DNA of 64,000 nucleotides. Origin: Butyrivibrio sp. (GTDB lineage Bacteria > Bacillota > Clostridia > Lachnospirales > Lachnospiraceae). Both the position numbers and the translations under genes were made by a program. The DNA lies in contig JAFSYF010000153.1 in assembly GCA_017443695.1 (NCBI GenBank), positions 1,662 through 65,661 on the forward strand. Direction: 5' to 3'. Shown here in pieces: positions 27,983-38,341 of this stretch (its first letter is position 1; each line of letters opens with the position of its first letter). The notes under the pieces were generated by a model. The model had not been told where the DNA came from, searched no databases, and was given only the letters and a program-made list of their open reading frames with translations.

Positions 27983-29871
27983 ATCGTCTCTCCTTTGCCC
28001 ATCTGTGCGATATACAGGAACACCGCCGGCATCACGACGGCCAGCGGATAGACATAACGCAGATGTCCGCCACCTCTGGGGCCCGCCATGATGACCAGAA
28101 TCATCAGGACGAGGGGTGTCATCAGGCCGAGCATCCTGCGATTGCGCTTCAACAGCGCATAGACAAAGAGCGCCAGTACGGCCCAGATATAGGTTGCGGC
28201 GGAGAACAGCAGACGTACGAGAGGCAGCCTGCACATGAACTGCCACAGCCGCTGCTGTACCTCCCGAAGTGCGGTATGCACCCGATCCTCCGGATAGTGG
28301 AAATCCGTCTGAATGAAATCCAACTCCTTGTTCATCTTCCGCATTTCTTTGGTGGAGGAGGTCAGATTGTAAGCGGTCTCATCGATGGGTGACGGATAGT
28401 AATACCGGTACTTGAAGTTGGCCGCGGCGATGAAGTAGACATTCGGATGCTTCATGAACATCTGCAGGAACACCCGCCCGTAGGCAGCCAGATCCGCGGA
28501 AGTGGCACTCTCCCTGTACACCCGCTTAACGATACAGTGCGTTGGCCTGTACAAATCGACAATCTGATCATAATCCAGGATCCGGTCGATGACGGCACGT
28601 TCCTCCTCTGTCACTTCCTCCCCATACTGGGCAATGTACCGGGCCGTCATCTGGAATGGCACGGAGAAGGCTTCCTTCCGACTCCCCGGGGCGACGCCCA
28701 GCGCAGGAAGGAGGACATGCCCCCAGACCATATGGATCACGGCGATACTGACGAAGAGGATCGCGCAGACCCGCCGGTCCACCACCCGCAGTAGGAACAG
28801 GATGATCAGTGTCAGCAACAGGAGATATGCGGCTTCCTTTCGGAAGGCCAGCATCCCCGGGATCGCGATGGCCAGCTCACCGTTCAAACCTTTCCTCCCT
28901 GACCCGGTCTCTGTCAGCAGGCGAGAGAGTCCTGTCAGGAACAGGAGTAACAGTGCCGCGTAGATCGTGTCCTTGGACATGACCATCAGATAGTTCACCA
29001 GTGCCGGTGAGAGGAGGAGATACAGGAGATACAGCACAGAGAAGCGTTGTTTGCGGTATCTCCGGATCAGGCAGCGCAGTGCCCAGGCATAGCAGGCGAA
29101 GGAAATGGTGACCTGAACCAGCACGTAGCAGAAGGCTCCTCCGTTCCAGGTGCCTGTGAGGAAATGTCCCAGACGGACACAGAGAGTCGTGAACATCGTG
29201 TGGACCACGGGATGATGGTTATAGAGCTTCACCTCTCCCAGCACAATCTGTTCGTAGGGCATGAGATCCGGCTTGCCGTAGCCCTGCGCCAGGAGGAGCC
29301 CTGTATCCCCCATAATAAGGGCCGGGTAACAGATGAAGAGCATCGGCAGATACAGCACCCACATGGTCAGAAATGCCGTAAGGAAAGGCCGCTTCTCCAG
29401 CAGTGCAACGTAGCGCCGCCACAGAACCGGGCCTCCTGCCGGCGTATCCTGCTCCGGTGCACGAAGCATCTCCAGTCCTCTGTCGAATGCGGAGAAGAGA
29501 TAACGGAAGAATACGGTGAAGAAAGGAATATAGCCCGCCAGCTTCAGAAGACTGGCCAGGATCCGGACCCTGCTGCCGAATACCAGCTCCAGAGAATCCG
29601 TATGGAGGAAGGAATAACCGACGACCAGAATGAGGGACAGGAAGACCGAGAGGATCCCTGCGGCAATCAACGTGCCTTTCCCCGTTTTGTCCGTGCGCTG
29701 TACAAAGAATTGCAGCAGCAGACAGGTGCCGAGAAACAGGAACAGATCCCTGTAGTCATAAGCGACGAACAGGCTGTTCAGGTTGCTGACCTCCGGCGCT
29801 GCCAGCATTGCCATGTGCGCAAGGACGGCAATGCACAACAAGCGCCATGCGCTTTGCGGACGGGTTTTCAA
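27970..29871 (-). CDS. DUF6020-like polytopic membrane protein (GT-C-like)
   Basis: 'YPALIMGD', 'NHHPVVHT', 'SKDTIY', 'EAFSVPFQMTARY', 'AGP....RYVYP'. Confidence 0.72.
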   Translation of the reverse strand: MKTRPQSAWRLLCIAVLAHMAMLAAPEVSNLNSLFVAYDYRDLFLFLGTCLLLQFFVQRTDKTGKGTLIAAGILSVFLSLILVVGYSFLHTDSLELVFGSRVRILASLLKLAGYIPFFTVFFRYLFSAFDRGLEMLRAPEQDTPAGGPVLWRRYVALLEKRPFLTAFLTMWVLYLPMLFICYPALIMGDTGLLLAQGYGKPDLMPYEQIVLGEVKLYNHHPVVHTMFTTLCVRLGHFLTGTWNGGAFCYVLVQVTISFACYAWALRCLIRRYRKQRFSVLYLLYLLLSPALVNYLMVMSKDTIYAALLLLFLTGLSRLLTETGSGRKGLNGELAIAIPGMLAFRKEAAYLLLLTLIILFLLRVVDRRVCAILFVSIAVIHMVWGHVLLPALGVAPGSRKEAFSVPFQMTARYIAQYGEEVTEEERAVIDRILDYDQIVDLYRPTHCIVKRVYRESATSADLAAYGRVFLQMFMKHPNVYFIAAANFKYRYYYPSPIDETAYNLTSSTKEMRKMNKELDFIQTDFHYPEDRVHTALREVQQRLWQFMCRLPLVRLLFSAATYIWAVLALFVYALLKRNRRMLGLMTPLVLMILVIMAGPRGGGHLRYVYPLAVVMPAVFLYIAQMGKGETICQK

Positions 29872-30995
29872 TTCTTTCCTTTCAAACGTTTCTTCAGCGC
29901 ACGCCAGACTCTGTGCGGCAGATCCGGTGCGGGCTTTGCCTTTGCGGCGTTCTGTCCCTGGGCAGCGTCTCTGGCAATCCGCAGGGTCACCTGCGCCATC
30001 ACCTCAAAGATCTCCTCCTCCGGGATGATGTCATCCGTCACTGTCGTGGGATCAAAGGGCGGAAACAACGTCTGCTGCGGAAGGAGCTTCAGGTATTTCT
30101 GCGCTGTCTTCTCATTGGATTCCGCGTAGCTCTCCAGGAGCTTCTGTCTGGACGCGGCAGAGACCAGGGACCGGTTCTTAAGCTGATGTGCCGCCCGCGC
30201 CTCCTCCTGCAGCTCCACCAGAACATCCTTGATGGCCTGTGCGGCCTGGAACACCGGACTGTCCTTGTCGATGCCCTTGGAGACATGAAAGGCCGGATCC
30301 GCGTTCAGCCGCCGCTTCGTTTCCAGATAGACATCCTGGAGACTGAGGTTCTTTGGGGAATCCGGCTCCTCATAGGCCGGTGTCTGCTCTATGCCGAAGA
30401 TGGACAGAAAATCCGCATAGATCGTATGCGTTCCGGTAAACAGGGATTTATCATAAATGCGGACATGGATGTCCTCCTGTCCGACCTCCCGGGCCAGTGC
30501 TTCCAGAATGGAGAAGTAATCCCCCTCTCCTGCGCCGTCCGCCAGACCCGACAGCCACTCATCAAAGGAGCCGGTATAGAAGCGCTTGACCTTCTGCGCC
30601 CACAGGGAGGTCAGATACTCATCCTGCCTGCGCAGATAGACGATGATCTCCATCCTGTGTCCGGCTTCCTTCAGCGCCTGATGCAGATCCCGGATGATCC
30701 CGGGCTCCTTCTGATATCCGCGGAAGATCTCCTCGTCTGAGAACAGTACCATGGGCGCACGGTCACAGCGCTCCAGCAGCGTCTGTACATGCCGCTCATA
30801 CGCGGGATCCCCGTAGCACTGTCTGATCCAGATCCCGTTATGATGCCTGGAATAGGCCGGCCGCTCCAGGAAATCACTCCCGTCGGGATAGTCGATCCCC
30901 TGTTTCCTCAGTTCCTTCCGGTTCATTCCCAGAAAAGCCTGCAGCGATGTGGTACCCGTCTTCGGTGTACCGATGTGTAGATATACAACAGACAC
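29868..30995 (-). CDS. sulfotransferase-like P-loop protein (paralog 3)
   Basis: 'LHIGTPKTGTTSLQ', 'VLFSDE', 'VYLRRQDEYL.SLWAQ'. Confidence 0.65.
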   Translation of the reverse strand: MSVVYLHIGTPKTGTTSLQAFLGMNRKELRKQGIDYPDGSDFLERPAYSRHHNGIWIRQCYGDPAYERHVQTLLERCDRAPMVLFSDEEIFRGYQKEPGIIRDLHQALKEAGHRMEIIVYLRRQDEYLTSLWAQKVKRFYTGSFDEWLSGLADGAGEGDYFSILEALAREVGQEDIHVRIYDKSLFTGTHTIYADFLSIFGIEQTPAYEEPDSPKNLSLQDVYLETKRRLNADPAFHVSKGIDKDSPVFQAAQAIKDVLVELQEEARAAHQLKNRSLVSAASRQKLLESYAESNEKTAQKYLKLLPQQTLFPPFDPTTVTDDIIPEEEIFEVMAQVTLRIARDAAQGQNAAKAKPAPDLPHRVWRALKKRLKGKN

Positions 30996-31005
30996 GTTAA
31001 TCCTC

Positions 31006-32196
31006 CTATTTTTTTCTCCGCTTTCCGTTCCTGCGTTTACGGAGCTTTCTGACGACGAGCGACGGCAGATTGCGCAGCCGCATCTGTTCCTCCAGCGCGC
31101 GGATGGTTTCCTTCTGCTGACGGATCAGCTCATCCGAGGTCATCCCGATCTCGAACCGATCCGATGGGGTCTGCTCCGCTGCCCAGGTTCCCAGCACCAG
31201 AATCATCCGCTGATAGATCTCTATCAGCTCCTCCGCGGACACCGGTTCCCCATCTGACGCCGCAACTGCGGTTTCCTCAAACAATGTCTCCCTGGCGAAA
31301 AAGCGCCGTGCGATGGCCGCGTTTCCCTCGGCGTACCGGGCAAGCAGCGCCTCCCTCTCCCCCGGCAGGAAGAAGGAACAGTGCTTCAGTACGCCCTCCG
31401 CACGCATCTGATCCTGCGCATCCATCAGCGCATGCTGCAGCAGCTGTGCCCGACGATAGCCCACAGGGTCCGTCTCCGCGTTTTCCCTGTCGATCCCCCC
31501 GCCCGGACGCTCATTCAGGCGCCTCTTGGCCTCCAGACACGCGTCCGCCAGAGACGCGTTCATCTCCTGCGCCGGCAGCCGCATCGCATCCGACAGGGAC
31601 AGTCCGAAGATGGACAGGAAATCCGCGTAGATCGATCCCCCCTGGAAGCGCTTCCGCTCATAGGTCCGCAGGTACACATGCGCCTCTCCCAAGAGCTCTG
31701 TGAGTCTGTCAACCAGGGCGGCATAATCCCCCCGCCGTCCCGCATCCTTCGCGAGCCATTCCTGCAGCGTGCTGGTTCCGTTGATCTTGATCTGAAATGC
31801 CCACAGAGAGCACAGGTACTCATCCTGACGGCGCAGATACAGCACAACAGACAGGCCGACCCCGTGCGCCGCCAGACGGTCCCGGAACCGCTTCAGCAGC
31901 TCCGGCTCCCTGTGGATCCGCCAGTACAGATCCTCATCCGAGAGCAATACCCGCATATCTCCTGTGCAGTGGGCGAGGAGACGTTCCATATAGATCTCAT
32001 ATTCGGGGTCGCCCTCGCACCGGTTGATCCATATGCCGTTACGGTTACGGTTGAGCCCGGGCTTGATCAGGAATTCCTCCGATGCCGGATAGTCGATCCC
32101 CAGGGTCCGCAGCACCTCCCTGTTCTCCGCCCAGAAATGCTGCAGAGCAGTCGTCCCCGTCTTCTGTGTGCCGATATGGAGTATAACCTCAGCCAT
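31006..32196 (-). CDS. sulfotransferase-like P-loop protein (paralog 4) with C-terminal coiled coil and basic tail
   Basis: 'LHIGTQKTGTTALQ', 'LLSDE', 'LYLRRQDEYLCSLW'. Confidence 0.65.
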   Translation of the reverse strand: MAEVILHIGTQKTGTTALQHFWAENREVLRTLGIDYPASEEFLIKPGLNRNRNGIWINRCEGDPEYEIYMERLLAHCTGDMRVLLSDEDLYWRIHREPELLKRFRDRLAAHGVGLSVVLYLRRQDEYLCSLWAFQIKINGTSTLQEWLAKDAGRRGDYAALVDRLTELLGEAHVYLRTYERKRFQGGSIYADFLSIFGLSLSDAMRLPAQEMNASLADACLEAKRRLNERPGGGIDRENAETDPVGYRRAQLLQHALMDAQDQMRAEGVLKHCSFFLPGEREALLARYAEGNAAIARRFFARETLFEETAVAASDGEPVSAEELIEIYQRMILVLGTWAAEQTPSDRFEIGMTSDELIRQQKETIRALEEQMRLRNLPSLVVRKLRKRRNGKRRKK

Positions 32197-32653
32197 TTTC
32201 TTCTCCTGCCGCTTTTCCACGGAAAACATGCTTCTTACCGGTGATGTAGTTGATGATGATGACCAGCACGGTGACAAAGATCTTGCCGGGCACTTTAGGC
32301 ACATGGATCAGTTCAACCAGCAGGATCAGTCCGAAATAGTCGATCAGCGCTGTTGCGCCCCGCCAGAATACGAAACGGAAAACCTCCGCCATCAGTGCCC
32401 CGAAGCTCTCACAATGGCTTCGGAAGACGAAATTCTTGTTGCAGACATAGGCGGTAAGCTTCACCACGATGAGGGTCAGGATATTGGCGATACGGTAATC
32501 CAGATTCAACAGGAGGAGTCCCTTGAACAGCAGGACATTCTCTATGCTGGTGAGCACCCCGAAGACCGCATAGAGCACCGTTTCCCGGTTGACCAGCTTG
32601 CGGCGCAGACTTTGCAGCCATCCGTTCCCGGATTGTTCGTCGGTACGGCTCAT
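32189..32653 (-). CDS. GtrA family lipid-linked sugar flippase
   Basis: 'YAVFGVLT', 'AYVCNKNFVF', 4 TMs. Confidence 0.88.
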   Translation of the reverse strand: MSRTDEQSGNGWLQSLRRKLVNRETVLYAVFGVLTSIENVLLFKGLLLLNLDYRIANILTLIVVKLTAYVCNKNFVFRSHCESFGALMAEVFRFVFWRGATALIDYFGLILLVELIHVPKVPGKIFVTVLVIIINYITGKKHVFRGKAAGEENG

Positions 32654-33633
32654 TCCTGCTTCTGCCCCGGTTCATGCGCTGTGAGCAGGTCGGCCGGCGG
32701 CTCTCCGGTCTGCAGCTCCATCCGGCGGACATTGTACTGGATATCCTCCAGGAGCCGTCTGTTGGCAGCAATGAGATCCGCCTGGAGCCCCATGAAGAAG
32801 GTCTGCCAGCCTGCCAGCAGCAGAACGGCCGCAAGGATCAGGGACTGGGTATGACCGTCCGCCCCCAGCACCAGGAAACGTATACCAAGAATCACCCCTG
32901 CGAGGAACAGGATGGCACCGGCGGTACCAAAGAAGGACAGGGGGCGGTACATCATGTAACTGCGCATGATGACGCTGCCGGAGCGGCGCATATAAGCCCA
33001 CATACTCTTGAACAGCCGGCTCTTCCTGAGCTCCGGGTTCGTATCGATGGGGACACTGGTCAGGGCGATCCTGTTATAGCCCGCCTGGATGATGGTTTCC
33101 AGCGTGTAGGTGTACTGGTTGATGACATTGAGACGCAGCGCTGCCTCCCTGCTGTAGGCCCGGAATCCGCTGGGGGCATCCGGGATATCCGTACCGCTGG
33201 CCCTGCGCACGACATAACTGCCCAGGTGCTGGAACAGCTTCTTTCTGCGGCTGAAATGGGGTGTATCATCAATGGGTCTCGCACCAATGACCTCATCGGC
33301 GACGCCGTCCAGAATGGGCCGCACCAGCTTGGCAATATCTGCCCCGGCATACTGGTTGTCGGCGTCGGTGTTGACGATGATGTCCGCACCCAGATGGAGA
33401 CAGGCGTTGATGCCGGCCATGAAGCCATAGGCCAGTCCCCGGTTCCTGCGGAAGCTGACGATATGATTGACCCCCAGGCGCTTCGCTTCCTCCACGGTAT
33501 TGTCCGCGCTGCCGTCATTGATGATCAGCGTCTCGATGACATCAATCCCGTCGATGTGCGTCGGAAGATCATGAATCGCGACATGCAGCGTCTCCGCTTC
33601 GTTATAGCATGGGATCTGAATAATCAGCTTCAT
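32650..33633 (-). CDS. GT2 glycosyltransferase (polyprenyl-phosphate sugar synthase type, 2 C-terminal TMs)
   Basis: 'IQIPCYNE', 'NDGS.D', 'NTDADNQY', 'DAPSGFRAYS'. Confidence 0.9.
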   Translation of the reverse strand: MKLIIQIPCYNEAETLHVAIHDLPTHIDGIDVIETLIINDGSADNTVEEAKRLGVNHIVSFRRNRGLAYGFMAGINACLHLGADIIVNTDADNQYAGADIAKLVRPILDGVADEVIGARPIDDTPHFSRRKKLFQHLGSYVVRRASGTDIPDAPSGFRAYSREAALRLNVINQYTYTLETIIQAGYNRIALTSVPIDTNPELRKSRLFKSMWAYMRRSGSVIMRSYMMYRPLSFFGTAGAILFLAGVILGIRFLVLGADGHTQSLILAAVLLLAGWQTFFMGLQADLIAANRRLLEDIQYNVRRMELQTGEPPADLLTAHEPGQKQE

Positions 33634-33655
33634 CTGACAACTCTCCTGCCTGCCG

Positions 33656-34933
33656 TCAATCTCTGCCAAACAGATCGCGGGTATACACCTTATCCCGCAC
33701 ATCCGCAAGCTCCGGCGCATACCGGTTGGCGATAATCACTTTACTGCGCCTCTTGAATTCCTCCAGGTCGTTCACGATCTCGGAGCCGAAGAACCAGCTG
33801 CCGTTCTCCATGGTGGGTTCATAGACGATGACCACGGCCCCTTTGGCCTTGATGCGTTTCATGATGCCCTGGACGCTGGACTGGCGGAAGTTGTCGCTGC
33901 CGCTCTTCATGGTGAGCCGGTACACACCGATGATACTGTTCTTCCGCTCGGTGGTCACATCCCCGTAGAGACCGGCCCGCTTCAGGATCTGATCCGCGAT
34001 GAAGTCCTTGCGTGTGCGATTGGATTCCACGATGGCACGGATCAGCTCCTCCGGCACATTGCGGTAGTTGGCCAGCAGCTGTTTGGAATCCTTGGGCAGA
34101 CAATACCCGCCGTACCCGAAGCTGGGATTGTTGTAGGCATCCCCGATGCGGGGATCCAGACAGACCCCGCGGATGATGGCAGCGGTATCCAGCTCCTTGC
34201 TCTCGGCATAGGTGTCCAGCTCATTGAAATAGGATACGCGCAGTGCCAGATAGGTGTTGGCAAACAGCTTCACCGCTTCCGCCTCCGTACTGCCCATCAC
34301 CAGGAGCTTTGGGGCATCATCCTCCGCGGCCTCCTGCAGCAGTTTGCCAAAGGTCCGGGCCTTTTCATCAACGGCCAGATCTGCCTCATTGGTACCTACG
34401 ATGATCCGGCTCGGATGGAGATTATCATAGAGTGCTCTGCCCTCCCGGAGGAATTCCGGAGAGAAGACAATGCCGGGGATTCCGTAACGCTTCCGGATTA
34501 CCTCGGTATAGCCCACGGGGATCGTGGATTTGATGACAATCAGAGGAAGCGGATCCGACCCCGTATTCGCACGGATCACCGCTTCAATCACGTCCTCCAC
34601 ATGGGAGGTGTCAAAGGTGTTCAGCTGGGGATCATAGTTGGTCGGTGTGGCGATGATGACGATATCTGCGCCATGATAGGCAGCTTCCGCATCCAGCGTG
34701 GCATCCAGGCGCAGCCCGCCCTGATCGAGGAAGCGCTGGATCTCCGCATCCTGTACCGTAGACCGGCCTGCGCGGATCTGTTCCACCCTCGCCGGCAGCA
34801 CATCCACTGCCGTCACTGTCGTCTGCAGCCGCTCCTGTGACAGCAGCACGGCCAGGGACATACCCACATATCCCGTACCTGCTACTGTTATTCTCAACGC
34901 CGGCGCTGCATCTCCCCTGAATGCTTGTGTCAT
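33656..34933 (-). CDS. ugd: UDP-glucose 6-dehydrogenase
   Basis: 'GTGYVG', '[18 protein letters not shown]', '[15 protein letters not shown]', 'YTRDLFGRD'. Confidence 0.95.
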   Translation of the reverse strand: MTQAFRGDAAPALRITVAGTGYVGMSLAVLLSQERLQTTVTAVDVLPARVEQIRAGRSTVQDAEIQRFLDQGGLRLDATLDAEAAYHGADIVIIATPTNYDPQLNTFDTSHVEDVIEAVIRANTGSDPLPLIVIKSTIPVGYTEVIRKRYGIPGIVFSPEFLREGRALYDNLHPSRIIVGTNEADLAVDEKARTFGKLLQEAAEDDAPKLLVMGSTEAEAVKLFANTYLALRVSYFNELDTYAESKELDTAAIIRGVCLDPRIGDAYNNPSFGYGGYCLPKDSKQLLANYRNVPEELIRAIVESNRTRKDFIADQILKRAGLYGDVTTERKNSIIGVYRLTMKSGSDNFRQSSVQGIMKRIKAKGAVVIVYEPTMENGSWFFGSEIVNDLEEFKRRSKVIIANRYAPELADVRDKVYTRDLFGRD

Positions 34934-34979
34934 AATGTAAAGCTTCCCCCCCTGTTTCCCCCGTAACAAACACGCCTAC

Positions 34980-35030
34980 ATTTTATCATACAGGCCAACA
35001 CGTGACAAGCATCCTGCGCTCTGATATACT
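34980..35030. promoter_or_regulatory. overlapping divergent sigmaA promoters for ugd (-) and the tagF-like gene (+)
   Basis: minus TTGTCA-17-TAAAAT with TG; plus GTGACA-17-TATACT with TG. Confidence 0.6.
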
Positions 35031-35038
35031 TATCTATT

Positions 35039-36778
35039 ATGATGAAAATGACGGAAACAAAAGAACTCACCGCCACGGTCACTGAGATCTCCTGGGAGCG
35101 TGTTCTGTTACGCATCCGCGTCGATCTTGTTCCGCTGCCCGGAAAGCATCTGCCGGCGGCACCGGAGTTCTATCTTGTTGACGAAAAAGGGTTCGCCGGT
35201 GCCTATTTCGATATAGAGGAGGCCTCGGACCATTCCTTCCTCCTGCGGGTCAACATCACCAACAACGGAAACCGGAGGGTGATCCCCGCGGGATTCTATC
35301 GGATCAATGTCTGTGAGGGGGATCGCATTCTGGCTGAATTTGATGCCGCACCGGAGATCACTCCCTGTTTTGAGGAGCGCTCCCGCGTCTTCCTCTATGG
35401 TCAGAAAATCCACAAATCCTATGGCGTTTCCTTCTTTGTTCTGGAGGACAATTCTCGTCTGCCCTTCCGCATGGACATCATCAACGCGGAGGAAATGCCC
35501 ATCACCTGGTTGCGCAAGGACTGCATTTCCATTTCAAAGACCTTTCAGCACACCTTCTGCGATCTCCGGGTCTATGTGACCTGGTATTACCGGATCCTCT
35601 GCAGGCTCTTTGGCAGACACCGCGCCACAACGATCCTCTTTATCAATGAACAGTCCGAGCGCCTGGGCGCCAATCTCACCGCCATCCGTGACAGGATGCA
35701 GGCGCGGGGACTTGACCGGAAATACACCCGGCTCTCCTGGTCCCATAAGAAGCTTCGGGGACAGAACAACCTCCGGCGCTGGTTTTCGCTGATCCACATC
35801 CTGGCGCGCAGCGGCATCGTCTTCGTGGACGACCATGTGCCGACCATGGACTGGCTGGTGCTCCGGCCGGACACCACCGTGATCCAGACCTGGCATGCCG
35901 GCGCGGGCTTCAAATCCTCCGGTTACTCCCGGTTCTCCAACATCGGTGGACCGCCGCCGCTCTCTGCGCACAGACAGTACACCTACGGCCTGTGCGGCTC
36001 CAGGAAGATCGCCCACTTCTTCTCCGAGGTCTGGGGGATCGATACCGAACGCGTGCTGAATACCGGAATGCCCCGGATGGATGAATACCAGGATCCTGAA
36101 TACCGGCAGAAGACGACGCAGGCACTGTACGAACGCTATCCCCTGTGCAGGGACAAACAGGTCATCCTCTTTGCACCCACTTACCGGGGCAAAAATGTGG
36201 CTGATGCCTACTATCCCTACGAGCTCATCGACTGGGAACGTCTGGACGCCGTGACGGGAGATCACGCCGTAGTGCTGTTCCGGATGCATCCCTGGGTGAA
36301 CAAACCCATCTCCATCCCCGAACGGTATGCCGGCAAATTCATCGACGTAGCGGATTATCCGGGCATCAACGACCTGTTCTATATCACGGATCTGCTGATC
36401 ACGGACTACTCCTCCAACATCTATGAGTATTCCCTGATGCGGCGGCCCATGCTGTTCTATGCCTTCGACGAGATCCAGTATTCCTTCTCCAGAGGCTTCC
36501 ACCGGCCCTACAGGGAGTCCGCACCGGGCAAGGTGTGTACCACCTTTGCCGAGTTGTGTGATGCCATCGCTGCACAGGACTATGAGGCAGAGAAGGTGGA
36601 GGCCTATGTGACGCACCACTTCGACCACTTTGATTCCGGCGCCTGCGACCGTGTGATCGACTGGCTGATCGAAGGGGAACTGCCGGCAGACATCCGGACA
36701 GCGATTGCGGCGCGGGAAGCACGTACGGCACGGATGCTGGAGGTCCGCTTCCCCGTCCACATCGAGCGGCCAAGGTAG
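35039..36778 (+). CDS. CDP-glycerol/ribitol:poly(polyol-phosphate) transferase (TagB/TagF/TarL family)
   Basis: 'IQTWHAG', 'TGMPRMD', 'ILFAPTYRG', 'RMHP', 'LITDYSS..YEY'. Confidence 0.9.
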   Translation: MMKMTETKELTATVTEISWERVLLRIRVDLVPLPGKHLPAAPEFYLVDEKGFAGAYFDIEEASDHSFLLRVNITNNGNRRVIPAGFYRINVCEGDRILAEFDAAPEITPCFEERSRVFLYGQKIHKSYGVSFFVLEDNSRLPFRMDIINAEEMPITWLRKDCISISKTFQHTFCDLRVYVTWYYRILCRLFGRHRATTILFINEQSERLGANLTAIRDRMQARGLDRKYTRLSWSHKKLRGQNNLRRWFSLIHILARSGIVFVDDHVPTMDWLVLRPDTTVIQTWHAGAGFKSSGYSRFSNIGGPPPLSAHRQYTYGLCGSRKIAHFFSEVWGIDTERVLNTGMPRMDEYQDPEYRQKTTQALYERYPLCRDKQVILFAPTYRGKNVADAYYPYELIDWERLDAVTGDHAVVLFRMHPWVNKPISIPERYAGKFIDVADYPGINDLFYITDLLITDYSSNIYEYSLMRRPMLFYAFDEIQYSFSRGFHRPYRESAPGKVCTTFAELCDAIAAQDYEAEKVEAYVTHHFDHFDSGACDRVIDWLIEGELPADIRTAIAAREARTARMLEVRFPVHIERPR

Positions 36779-36787
36779 GATGACGTG

Positions 36788-38341
36788 ATGCGGTTCTTTG
36801 ACTGGTGCTTCCGGATTTTGTCTGGGTTGCTGGCTCTGGTCTGCACCGGGCTCCTTTTTTTCGGTTTTTTCTTCACTGTGGTTTTCCGTCCGTATCAGGA
36901 GAATGACTATCCGGATTTCTATCGGATCCCTGTTCTTCCGACACTGCTTGTATTTCTGGTGACCGCCCTCCTGCTGCTGTGGGGACTGCGCAGGCACAGG
37001 GACGAACCTGCCGGCAGCACGGACCGGATGCCGGTTCTTCCCTGCCTCCTGATGCTGGTTTGGGGGTTGGTTTTCATGCTGTTCCTGCTGGCTGTGATCC
37101 GGGGCCTGCCCACCAACGATGCTTATATCCTGAACGGGATCACCCTGGAATTTCAACAGAGTGACTATCACGCGTTGGCGGACGGATATCTGGTCTACTG
37201 CCCGCATCAGCTCTCCTACGTGTGGATCAGCGAGCTGCTGACCGCTGTCTTCGGGGCGAACCGGTTCCTCCCCTATCAGCTCCTCAATGTCCTCTCGATT
37301 CTGATGACGATGTTCTACCTGTATCGGACCGCATGGGTTCTGACTCGGGACGCGCGCGTCTGTACCGCACTGGCGCTGCTATCCCCCGGATGCCTCATGC
37401 TCTACGTCTACAGCACCTTTATCTACAACGACATCTGGTGTCTGGGACCGCTGTTTGCTGCCTTCTACTGCCTGCTGCGGTTCCTGGAGCATCCGCAGCC
37501 CGGATATGGGGTCGCCGCCGCACTGCTGGCAGGCATCTCTTTCTTCATCAAAACCAATGGTGCCGTGGCCCTGATCGCCATGGGGGGCATCCTGTTCGTC
37601 GTATGCTGCCGCCATCTCTCCGCACGGGACAGTCAGGGTGCCCTGCGCTGTATCCTGGCGGGTATGCTCCTGATACTCTTCGCCTGGGGCTTCCAGGCCG
37701 GCATCAAAATATACTACGAGCACCGCAGCGGTCTGGAAGTACAGGCAGGGGAGCCGGCTGCGGCTTATTTCGCCATGGGCCTGAACGAGACGGACGGGAA
37801 ATACGGCTGGTACGACGGCACCAATGTGCGGCTGCTGTCAGAGGCCGGAGAGGATTCGGCGCTGGCGGCGCAGGCCGCAGTTGCGCAGATCCGTGAACGG
37901 CTGGCGCAGTTCATATCCAGGCCGCGCTACGCGGTCAAATTCTTTGGGATCAAGTTCCTCTCCCAGTGGGGAGACCCCACCAAGGCTTCCCTTAGGGAAC
38001 AGGAGCTGACCGGCCGCCACCAGGACAGAGGGGCCCTCGCTGAGGTGCTGACCTACGGCGCCGGTTACCGTGTGTTCCAGGCGGTGATGCAGCTCTTCCA
38101 TCTGCTTCTGTATTTCTTCGCAGCGATCGGCTGTGTGCAGCTGTGCCGGAGGAAAACGGCGGATCCGGAACAGTACCTGCTGCCGCTGTTCTTCTTCGGC
38201 GGACTCCTGTTCCATGAGCTGTGGGAGGCTTCCGGCCGCTATACGCTGCGCTATGAGCTGGCCATGCTGCCGGTGGCTGCGATGGGCATGGTCTGGCTGG
38301 CTGACCTGCTGCCGCCTGGCAAATGGAGGATGCATCCATGA
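36788..38341 (+). CDS. GT39/PMT-like polytopic glycosyltransferase
   Basis: 'D...YL..CPHQL', 'FIYND', 'IKTN', 'AMGLNE..G..GWY', 'HELWEASGRY'. Confidence 0.7.
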   Translation: MRFFDWCFRILSGLLALVCTGLLFFGFFFTVVFRPYQENDYPDFYRIPVLPTLLVFLVTALLLLWGLRRHRDEPAGSTDRMPVLPCLLMLVWGLVFMLFLLAVIRGLPTNDAYILNGITLEFQQSDYHALADGYLVYCPHQLSYVWISELLTAVFGANRFLPYQLLNVLSILMTMFYLYRTAWVLTRDARVCTALALLSPGCLMLYVYSTFIYNDIWCLGPLFAAFYCLLRFLEHPQPGYGVAAALLAGISFFIKTNGAVALIAMGGILFVVCCRHLSARDSQGALRCILAGMLLILFAWGFQAGIKIYYEHRSGLEVQAGEPAAAYFAMGLNETDGKYGWYDGTNVRLLSEAGEDSALAAQAAVAQIRERLAQFISRPRYAVKFFGIKFLSQWGDPTKASLREQELTGRHQDRGALAEVLTYGAGYRVFQAVMQLFHLLLYFFAAIGCVQLCRRKTADPEQYLLPLFFFGGLLFHELWEASGRYTLRYELAMLPVAAMGMVWLADLLPPGKWRMHP

